Shown here in pieces: positions 56,560 through 64,000 of a DNA stretch of 64,000 nt (position 1 is its first letter; each line of letters starts with the position of its first letter). The notes beneath the pieces were generated by a model. The model was not told where the DNA came from. It saw nothing but the letters and a program-made list of their open reading frames with translations, and searched no databases. Both the position numbers and the translations under genes were made by a program. This DNA comes from Patescibacteria group bacterium (GTDB lineage: Bacteria; Patescibacteriota; Minisyncoccia; Phycocordibacterales; WO2-35-19): NCBI GenBank assembly GCA_038064735.1, contig JBBTSI010000003.1, forward strand, positions 90,525 through 154,524, read 5' to 3'.

Positions 56560-57800
56560 GTGGTTTCTTTTACAAAAAGAACATTGTAAACTGCTTTAAT
56601 CATCCAAATCGGTGCAATCAATGTATAAAACATCATAAAAAGTATGCTGTCCCAGCCAAATTTGTGTTTTTCTTCTGCTAATTTGCGTGAAGTTATGATA
56701 ATAAAAAGTGTTCCAAAAAAAGCAATCAAAGAAAGGAAAATAACAATATCAGTATTTACATAAAATAAATCAAAACTAAAACTCTGGAATTGTATTCCGA
56801 TAGCAGAAATTTCTTGTATTTTGGTTATTAAAATATTTATCCAACTCATGATCATAGCTCCCAGGAAATATAAAGTAGAAATAACAGAGAGGCCGGCCGC
56901 TGGCAAAACAATCATACTCAAGTTGCCATATTGAGGTTTAAATAACATATCGCGGTAGTCAATAGTATTTTTGAGAAAGCCATAAACCCAGCGTAGACGC
57001 TGTTTGTAAAGAGTTTTAAAATTGGTTGGAGCGATGGTATAAACGAAGGCGTTGTGGACATTACCTATCTTCATGCCGTTTCTCTGCATACGCATCGCCA
57101 TTTCCATATCTTCGGTGTGATGAGCGTGTTTATAACCACCAAGTTTTTCAAAAACAGATTTGCGGAATATAGAAAAAGGTCCAGGCGTTATGTAGAGAGC
57201 ATTTAAATAATAAAAAACCTTTCGAAGGAAAACACCGAAAATGTATTCGGCTTTTTGGATAAGACCAAGAAATCCTTTTGGTTCAAATATTTTAATAGAA
57301 GGAGTCACCGCCATTATTTCCGGGTTTTCAAATTGAGCGACTATTCTGCTCAAAGCTTCAGGGTGAACGAAGGAATCAGCGTCCAAACAGCCCACCAAAT
57401 CAGTATTAACCCTATTTAAAGCATAGTTTAAAGCCGCAAATTTGCTACCCTCATTTTCTTTTTGGAGCAAAGTGACTTGTTTGTTTTTAGCGAATTTTTG
57501 GATAACTTTCCAAGTGTTGTCGGTACTACCATCATCGACAATCAAAATAGAGAGTTTGTCTTTGGGATAATTGAGTTTCAATATGGAAAAGATGGTCTTA
57601 AGCACGGTAGTTTCCTCGTTCCAAACTGGGACGATAATGGAAACGCTTGGTAATTTTAATTTCCGTCCAATGTTGGACTTCGGGCTAGTTTCTTTGGATT
57701 CTCTTTCAGTGAATTCAAAATAAGTAATCAAAAAGAACACTTCTATGTATAGAGCGATAAAAAGAAAAACATAATTAATTGTGTCTGACACAATATTCAT
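56550..57800 (-). CDS. Processive GT2 glycosyltransferase (PgaC/IcaA-like)
   Basis: VSIIVPVWNE, DDGSTD, LDAD, TED, QRLRW, flanking TM helices. Confidence 0.9.
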   Translation of the reverse strand: MNIVSDTINYVFLFIALYIEVFFLITYFEFTERESKETSPKSNIGRKLKLPSVSIIVPVWNEETTVLKTIFSILKLNYPKDKLSILIVDDGSTDNTWKVIQKFAKNKQVTLLQKENEGSKFAALNYALNRVNTDLVGCLDADSFVHPEALSRIVAQFENPEIMAVTPSIKIFEPKGFLGLIQKAEYIFGVFLRKVFYYLNALYITPGPFSIFRKSVFEKLGGYKHAHHTEDMEMAMRMQRNGMKIGNVHNAFVYTIAPTNFKTLYKQRLRWVYGFLKNTIDYRDMLFKPQYGNLSMIVLPAAGLSVISTLYFLGAMIMSWINILITKIQEISAIGIQFQSFSFDLFYVNTDIVIFLSLIAFFGTLFIIITSRKLAEEKHKFGWDSILFMMFYTLIAPIWMIKAVYNVLFVKETTWR

Positions 57801-57820
57801 TGTTCCAAATATTAACACAT

Positions 57821-58963
57821 TTAACGGATATTCGCCAGAAATACTTTCTTAGTTTCTTCTTCAAGTTTTTTGTGTAAAGTATCTACCTCCAAGCTGAGCA
57901 AAGTTTTATCTAAAGAACGATAAACAATACGGAAAGTGTAACTTATCTTACCTTCACCGAATTTAGCGCTATTTTCAAATTTATCAAGCAATTTAACTTC
58001 TTCAATCAAGTTTTCTCCTACCGTTTCGCGTATCAAATCAAAATAATTATTGGCAATGAAGGTATTTTCTACCACAAAAGAGATATCGCGGACTACTGGC
58101 GGATATTTACTAACTTCTTTGTATTTGACCCCTAGTTTGAGCTGTTTTTTGACTCTTTCATCTTCTGACCAAAGCAGACGGATGTCGGGGAGTTCCATAC
58201 CTATAATAGCTAATCTCTCCAGACCGAAGCCGAAAGCCCAACCAGTGTAATTTTTGGAATCCACACCAAGTTTTTCCAAAACACTTGGGAAAACTACTCC
58301 GCAACCCAAAACTTCTATCCATTTGCCTCCTACTTCGATCTCCATTTCCAAACTCGGATCCGTGTAAGGGAAAGTGTCAGGATTGAAGCGGTATTTGATA
58401 TCTTTGCCGAAAACCGATTGCACGATTTCAACCAAAATGTCTTTCAGGTGTTCTACGTTTATAACTCCTTTTTCTTTGGGAATGATGTACCAGCCATCAA
58501 TCTGATGAAAAACATTCATGTGGTGACGATCAATCTCGTCTTTACGGTAAACTTTGCCGTAAGAGATGACGCCGATAGATTCGTTATTTTTGATTTTTTC
58601 TTTACCGAAGTCCGATGTCAAATAGTAATACCAAGAAACAGTGGTCTGAGTACGCAAAACATTTTTTTCATCTACGAAATAAGTGTCTGATTTGCTTCGA
58701 GCAGGATGATCTGGTGGATAATTAAAAAGGTCAAAATTAACATCATAAGGTACAACTTCGGGAATCTTTATATCGTCAAAACCTTTCAAACCTTCTACAT
58801 TTTTAGCTTTATCAATCAAAGCTTTGATTGGGCTACCATCTGTGCGAGACAAATCCGGCATGCTCAAATACCGCTTCATGCGCAAAGCATCGGCATCATC
58901 ACGCTTTTCCAAGCCCTTGAGCAATTCCTGTTCTTCTTTTGTTGATATATTGTATTCAGCCAT
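57821..58963 (-). CDS. pheS: Phenylalanine--tRNA ligase catalytic domain fused to an FDX-ACB anticodon-binding domain
   Basis: HPARSKSDTY, LRTQT, YRKDEID, FPYTDPS, AFGFGLER, then SKYPPVVRDISF...YRSLDKTL. Confidence 0.9.
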   Translation of the reverse strand: MAEYNISTKEEQELLKGLEKRDDADALRMKRYLSMPDLSRTDGSPIKALIDKAKNVEGLKGFDDIKIPEVVPYDVNFDLFNYPPDHPARSKSDTYFVDEKNVLRTQTTVSWYYYLTSDFGKEKIKNNESIGVISYGKVYRKDEIDRHHMNVFHQIDGWYIIPKEKGVINVEHLKDILVEIVQSVFGKDIKYRFNPDTFPYTDPSLEMEIEVGGKWIEVLGCGVVFPSVLEKLGVDSKNYTGWAFGFGLERLAIIGMELPDIRLLWSEDERVKKQLKLGVKYKEVSKYPPVVRDISFVVENTFIANNYFDLIRETVGENLIEEVKLLDKFENSAKFGEGKISYTFRIVYRSLDKTLLSLEVDTLHKKLEEETKKVFLANIR

Positions 58964-59039
58964 TTGTTTTTAAGCCTTATTTTGTATAGAAAAGATTGTA
59001 GCAAAATAAATCTAAATTTGCTATAATAAAGGTACAAAT

Positions 59040-61148
59040 ATGGCAAAAATCAAAGAAGACAAGAAGCAAAAGGCCAAAGAAACAAATAGTTACAATGCTG
59101 AATCCATAACAGTTTTAGAGGGTTTGGAGCCGGTACGCCGAAGGCCTGGAATGTACATCGGTACCACGGGTCCAGACGGTTTGCACCACCTTATAACCGA
59201 GATTTTTGATAACTCCCGCGATGAAGCGATGGGCGGTTTTGCCAATGATATTGAAGTAGCATTCCTCCCTGGCAACCGCGTCAGAGTAGCTGACAACGGC
59301 CGAGGTATCCCTGTTGATATCCACAAACAAACCAAAGTTTCTGCTTTGGAAACCATCCTCTCTACTCTTCATGCCGGAGGCAAGTTTGGTGGTGATGGTT
59401 ACAAAGTTTCCGGAGGTCTCCACGGCGTGGGTGCATCGGTCGTCAATGCTCTTTCGATTTTTATGCGCGCTGAAATTCACAAAGATGGCGGTATTTACGT
59501 CCAAGAATATTCTAAAGGCAAGAGAAAAGCATCGGTGAAAAAAGTCGGCTCAACTAAAATGAGCGGTTCCATTATTACCTTTGAACCGGATGCCGAAATT
59601 TTCAAAGAAGGGACAACTTTTGATTTTGAAAAAGTGGTGCATCATATGCGTCAACAAGCTTATTTGGTGAAAGGGCTCAAAATATCTCTTATTGATTTGA
59701 GAGAGGCGGAAGGGAAGGTCAAAGACACCGAAGTTTTCTATTTACGTGATTTGGGATTGGAAGCTCCTTCAACTTCATTTTATTTTGACGGAGGACTTAT
59801 GTCACTCATCAGGTTTTATAACCAAAACCAAAAAACCATTCACCGCAACGTATTTTATGTCGAAAAAATGAATGACAATTTTGAAGGAGTGGAAGTAGCT
59901 CTGCAATACATTGACGATATATCGGCCCGCATCATGCCTTTCGCCAACAATATTTATAACGTAGAAGGCGGTACTCATATCACCGGTTTCAAAACCGCTT
60001 TAACTAGGACTCTCAACAATTACGCCAAGAAAAACAATCTGGCCAAAAATGGCGATGATACTTTCACTGGAGACGACGTTTTGGAGGGATTGACCGCCGT
60101 CATTTCAATTAAACTTCGCGAAATTCAATTTGAAGGCCAAACCAAATCCAAACTCGGGTCAGTTGAAGCCAGAGGTATGACCGAAAGCATCTTTGGTGAA
60201 GCTTTTGAAGCTTTCCTTGAAGAAAATCCTGATGATGCCAAATCAATAGTGAGCAAAGTTATCTTGGCTCAGCGCGCTCGCAAAGCTGCCAAAGCCGCCA
60301 AAGATTCAATCCTCCGAAAAGGCGCTTTGGAAGGTATGACCCTACCTGGTAAACTTGCCGATTGCCAATCAAATTCGGCTGAAGAGTCTGAAATCTTTAT
60401 CGTAGAGGGAGATTCGGCCGGTGGTACTGCTAAAACAGGTAGAAATCGTAAATATCAAGCTATCTTGCCACTACGAGGTAAAATTTTGAACATTGAAAGG
60501 GCTAGGCTTGACCGTATGCTGGCTTCTGAGCAAATCAAAAATATGGTGGTGGCTTTTGGTACCGCTATCGGTGATACATTTGATATTAGCAAACTCCGTT
60601 ATCACAAAATAATCATCGCTACCGATGCCGACGTTGACGGCGCGCACATCCGCACTCTTATCCTAACTTTGCTTTATAGATATTTCAGACCACTTATTGA
60701 TGGAGGATTTGTTTATATCGCTCAACCACCTCTTTATAAAATCAAAAAAGGTAAAGAAGTTCACTATGCATATTCTGATGATGAGAAAGCAAAAATAATT
60801 GGCCCCACCTCCGTTGAAGCTTCGGCGGGCGAAGAAAGAATTGAAGTTGTTGAAGTTGAAAGCGATGCCGACTCCGCTTCTGAAGAAGGAGTAGAGGAAT
60901 CTTCAGAAGCTTCGACGAGCCGAGGGAAATCCAAAATTTCAGTGCAACGCTACAAAGGTTTGGGAGAAATGAATGCAGAAGAACTTTGGGAGACCACTAT
61001 GGATCCAAAACGCCGTATCTTGAAGCAAATCACTATTGACGAAGCCGGTGAAGCCGACCGTATCTTTGATATCCTCATGGGCACCGACGTCCCCGCCCGC
61101 AAGAGCTTTATCCAATCCAACGCCAAATTGGCTACTATTGATATTTAA
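59040..61148 (+). CDS. gyrB: DNA gyrase subunit B
   Basis: VRRRPGMYIG, LHAGGKF, VEGDSAGG, PLRGK, DADVDG, RYKGLGEM. Confidence 0.95.
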   Translation: MAKIKEDKKQKAKETNSYNAESITVLEGLEPVRRRPGMYIGTTGPDGLHHLITEIFDNSRDEAMGGFANDIEVAFLPGNRVRVADNGRGIPVDIHKQTKVSALETILSTLHAGGKFGGDGYKVSGGLHGVGASVVNALSIFMRAEIHKDGGIYVQEYSKGKRKASVKKVGSTKMSGSIITFEPDAEIFKEGTTFDFEKVVHHMRQQAYLVKGLKISLIDLREAEGKVKDTEVFYLRDLGLEAPSTSFYFDGGLMSLIRFYNQNQKTIHRNVFYVEKMNDNFEGVEVALQYIDDISARIMPFANNIYNVEGGTHITGFKTALTRTLNNYAKKNNLAKNGDDTFTGDDVLEGLTAVISIKLREIQFEGQTKSKLGSVEARGMTESIFGEAFEAFLEENPDDAKSIVSKVILAQRARKAAKAAKDSILRKGALEGMTLPGKLADCQSNSAEESEIFIVEGDSAGGTAKTGRNRKYQAILPLRGKILNIERARLDRMLASEQIKNMVVAFGTAIGDTFDISKLRYHKIIIATDADVDGAHIRTLILTLLYRYFRPLIDGGFVYIAQPPLYKIKKGKEVHYAYSDDEKAKIIGPTSVEASAGEERIEVVEVESDADSASEEGVEESSEASTSRGKSKISVQRYKGLGEMNAEELWETTMDPKRRILKQITIDEAGEADRIFDILMGTDVPARKSFIQSNAKLATIDI
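60804..60834 (+). repeat. Coding palindromic repeat in gyrB
   Basis: CCCACCTCCGTTGAAGCTTCGGCGGGCGAAG, encoding PTSVEASAGE. Confidence 0.7.
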
Positions 61149-61160
61149 TTATCAAAAATT

Positions 61161-61505
61161 ATGGGAGAAAAATTTGGACCATGTGTAGAAAAAAATTGTT
61201 AAGAATGTTGTAACCCAGTGAAAGTTGCTAGATTTTTCCCAGAAGAAAATATTCCAAAAGACGCAGATGGTAATAATTTGTGGGAAAAAAGGGAAGGATT
61301 ACTCATACCAGAGAACCAACCCCAAGAAATAAAATTAGAAACTTATGACTGTAAAAATTTTGATGTTGAAAAAGGGCTATGCAAGAACTATGAAAACAGG
61401 CCAGACATTTGTAGAAATTCTGGATGTGTAGACAAAAGTTCACCTGAATCAGAAGAGGAACAATTCAAAAAATTGAGTGAACAAAAATTTATAAAAATAG
61501 GATAG
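61161..61505 (+). pseudogene. YkgJ/CxxCxxCC cysteine-cluster protein with an in-frame TAA
   Basis: MGEKFGPCVEKNC*ECCNPV... then CKNF...LCKNYENRPDICR; stop at 61200-61202. Confidence 0.75.
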
Positions 61506-61522
61506 TACTATAGAAATTTGAT

Positions 61523-62614
61523 ATGAAAAAGAAAATTAAAGTTGGTATTCTTTTCGGCGGAAAATCAGCGGAACATGAAGTATCATTGCAATCGGCAAAA
61601 AATGTGTTTGATGCTATTGATAAAAATAAATATGAAGTTGCTCTTATAGGAATAGACAAAACTGGTAAGTGGCTACTTTCGAATAAATCTCAATTTTTGT
61701 TGAATACTAACAATCCAAAATTAATCAGGATAAACAAGACGGGTGAGAAAAATGTTGCTCTTGTTCCACAAAGTGGCGGTAAGCTCACTAATTTTTCGGA
61801 TCAAAGTTCAACTTCTTCTGTAGATGTGGTTTTTCCAATATTACACGGCCCGTTTGGTGAAGACGGAACAGTTCAAGGATTATTAAAGCTAGCAGGTATT
61901 CCTTTTGTTGGAGCGAGTGTTCTTGGTTCTGCTGTTGGAATGGACAAAGATGTAATGAAAAGATTGTTAAGAGATGCAAATATTCCTATCGCTGATTTTA
62001 TAACTTTTAAACAAGAAGATAAAATTGACTTCAAAGTTGTCTCAAAAAAACTAAAACTTCCTTTTTTTGTTAAACCAGCTAATCTCGGATCTTCTGTCGG
62101 AATCAATAAAGTGACAAATAAAAGCGCTTTTTTGAAAGCCATTAGGGAAGCATTTCAGTATGATACAAAGATTATTATTGAAGAGTATATTCGAGGCAGA
62201 GAACTTGAATGTTCTGTATTGGGTAATCAAAATCCGATTGCCTCTGGTGTAGGGGAAGTTATACCACACCGCGATTTTTACTCATACGAAGCAAAATATA
62301 TTGATGAAAACGGGGCGACTCTTGAAATACCGGCTAAAATAAAACCTCAGATTGTTAAAAATGTGCAAGAGTTGGCAATAAAAACATTTAAAACACTTTC
62401 TTGTGAAGGTTTAGGTAGGGTAGATTTATTTTTGAAAGATAATGGCAAACTGATTGTTAATGAAATAAATACAATTCCAGGATTTACTAAAATAAGCATG
62501 TATCCTCGCCTTTGGGAAGCTAGTGGCATTTCCTACAAAAATCTTATAGATCGTTTAATTAGCCTTGCCATAGAACGTTTTAAACAAGAACAAAAACTTA
62601 AAACATCTCACTAG
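61523..62614 (+). CDS. ddl: D-alanine--D-alanine ligase
   Basis: GGKSAEHEVS, LHGPFGEDG, KPANLGSS, FYSYEAKY, NEINTIPGFT. Confidence 0.96.
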   Translation: MKKKIKVGILFGGKSAEHEVSLQSAKNVFDAIDKNKYEVALIGIDKTGKWLLSNKSQFLLNTNNPKLIRINKTGEKNVALVPQSGGKLTNFSDQSSTSSVDVVFPILHGPFGEDGTVQGLLKLAGIPFVGASVLGSAVGMDKDVMKRLLRDANIPIADFITFKQEDKIDFKVVSKKLKLPFFVKPANLGSSVGINKVTNKSAFLKAIREAFQYDTKIIIEEYIRGRELECSVLGNQNPIASGVGEVIPHRDFYSYEAKYIDENGATLEIPAKIKPQIVKNVQELAIKTFKTLSCEGLGRVDLFLKDNGKLIVNEINTIPGFTKISMYPRLWEASGISYKNLIDRLISLAIERFKQEQKLKTSH

Positions 62615-62688
62615 AAAATAAAAATATTTTATTTTCTTTCTCTGATTTCTTTCTGGATACAATTTCAATTTGTAGCGATTAATCGTAT

Positions 62689-62712
62689 GTCCAAAGATGC
62701 CCATTGGATGCT
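62689..62712. repeat. REP-like palindrome, left of RAYT
   Basis: GTCCAAAGATGCCCATTGGATGCT. Confidence 0.8.
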
Positions 62713-62734
62713 TTAAATGTGATACAATATCTAT

Positions 62735-63379
62735 GTGAATAAAAGGGATTATAAACAATTTGCTAAAGGTTCTATTTATCATATTTACAATCGGGGCGTA
62801 AATAAGATGAATATTTTTGAGACAGAATATGATTACAGAGTTTTTTTATTTCGTTTAAAAGAGAATTTATTTCCAAATAATGAAAAAGATACCCGGTCTA
62901 AACTTCCAAAACGACAACAAAGAAGAAAATTATTACCCCCAAATTCTTTTGAATTAATTGCTTATTGTCTGATGCCAAATCATTTTCATTTGCTTATTCA
63001 ACAAAAAACTGAACTACCTATAACTAAATTGATATCAAAAGTTTGCACAGGTTATTCAAAATATTTTAACAAAACTTATGAAAGAGTAGGCCAGCTTTTT
63101 CAAGATCAATTTAAATCCATTACAATAGATGATAATGAACAATTACTTTGGACTTCTTTTTATATTCACAAAAATCCAATAGAAGCGGGTATGGTGGAAA
63201 ATCCTGAACAATATAATTGGAGTAGCTATAAGGAATATTTAGAAAATAAAAATTATTTTTGTAATAAAAAAATTATATTAGAACAATTCAATAATCCTAA
63301 AAAATATTTTGAATATTTTAAAAAAGATAATGAATCAATAGTATCTTTGAGATATCTGTATTTTGATTTCAATGAATAG
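62735..63379 (+). CDS. REP-associated tyrosine (HUH/Y1) transposase
   Basis: YHIYNRG, AYCLMPNHFHLL (HUH), YIHKNP, YNWSSY. Confidence 0.92.
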   Translation: MNKRDYKQFAKGSIYHIYNRGVNKMNIFETEYDYRVFLFRLKENLFPNNEKDTRSKLPKRQQRRKLLPPNSFELIAYCLMPNHFHLLIQQKTELPITKLISKVCTGYSKYFNKTYERVGQLFQDQFKSITIDDNEQLLWTSFYIHKNPIEAGMVENPEQYNWSSYKEYLENKNYFCNKKIILEQFNNPKKYFEYFKKDNESIVSLRYLYFDFNE

Positions 63380-63382
63380 ACT

Positions 63383-63409
63383 AGCGTCCAATGGGCATCT
63401 TTGGACGCT
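63383..63409. repeat. REP-like palindrome, right of RAYT (inverted copy)
   Basis: AGCGTCCAATGGGCATCTTTGGACGCT; its reverse complement matches the left copy at 23/24 positions. Confidence 0.8.
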
Positions 63410-63422
63410 TTTGTTCTAACTT

Positions 63423-64000
63423 TTATTTCTTCTCTTTAATTTCTTTTTGGAGGAGTTCTAAAAGTTTTTCGGAAGAGAGAGATTCTGTTTTAGTACTTTC
63501 TCTAGATTCCAAAACAAAAGTTTTTGATTCAACTTCTTTGTTGCCAACAACAATCCAATAAGGAATTTTTTCGTTTTTGGCTTTACGGACTTTGCCGCCG
63601 AGATTTTCATCAGCCAAATCAACTTCAGTCCTGATGTCGTTTTGTTTAAGTAGTTCAAAAACTTCTTTAGCATATTCGTTGTGATTTTCTCTTACTGGGA
63701 TAATTTTGACCTGGACAGGTGAGAGCCAGAGAGGGAAATTGCCCGCATAGTGTTCAATAAGTATTCCTATAAATCTCTCAAATGAGCCGAATATAGCGAC
63801 GTGCAAAACTACTACACGGTGTTTCTTGCCATCTTCACCGACATAATCCATTTCAAAATTTTCAGGTTGATTGAAATCAAGCTGGATAGTGGTCAGTTGC
63901 CATTCACGGCCGATTGAATCTTTAATTTTAATATCAATCTTTGGCCCATAAAAAGCGGCTTCGCCTTCTTCAATACTGAATGGTACGTTCCATTTTTTAA
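63423..64000 (-). CDS. thrS: Threonine--tRNA ligase (C-terminal part; runs off the window)
   Basis: EGEAAFYGPKID, WQLTTIQLDF, GSFERFIGILIEHYAG, PLWLSPVQV. Confidence 0.96.
   Translation of the reverse strand, partial: KKWNVPFSIEEGEAAFYGPKIDIKIKDSIGREWQLTTIQLDFNQPENFEMDYVGEDGKKHRVVVLHVAIFGSFERFIGILIEHYAGNFPLWLSPVQVKIIPVRENHNEYAKEVFELLKQNDIRTEVDLADENLGGKVRKAKNEKIPYWIVVGNKEVESKTFVLESRESTKTESLSSEKLLELLQKEIKEKK

Noticed and set aside
1-64000. Alternative genetic code (UGA=Gly) and replication origin
   Set aside because: Conserved genes read through without internal TGA, and TGA ends genes such as rpsA; DnaA boxes are single and dnaA is absent from the window

Overview
Low-GC chromosomal window from a Patescibacteria (CPR; Parcubacteria-like) genome read with the standard code. 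The lineage call is inferred from gene content: a CPR-type VirD4-like ATPase, DUF5652, short EF-Ts, split transketolase and a PheS-FDX-ACB fusion. It is mostly housekeeping: lysS, mraZ-rsmH-ftsL-ftsI, tgt, truB, rmuC, rplU, recR, dnaB, htpX, trxB, ftsZ/ftsA, ybeY, rpsU, lepB, pth, rpsA, nrdJ, gap-rpiB-tkt, pfkB, fba, rplY, rpmE-prfA-rpsB-tsf, pheS, gyrB, ddl and thrS, plus five tRNAs. Orphan cassettes are interspersed. The most notable signals lie outside standard annotation. (1) A four-gene exported-protein/OmpA-domain operon carries seven hairpins sharing a C(RNAT)G tetraloop. (2) Two MITE-like elements are inserted in start codons, with 4-bp target duplications, and rebuild the ATG. (3) A ~30-bp palindrome family is inserted in-frame in rplU, recR, ybeY and gyrB, and a 92-bp palindrome sits in truB. 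(4) A DUF559 nuclease and a RAYT transposase are each bracketed by their own inverted palindromes. (5) A membrane-protein gene sits between the transketolase halves inside a perfect 28-bp direct repeat. (6) Many core genes look leaderless while many orphans have Shine-Dalgarno sites. No CRISPR array, rRNA or prophage was seen. All calls come from reading the sequence; no searches were run.
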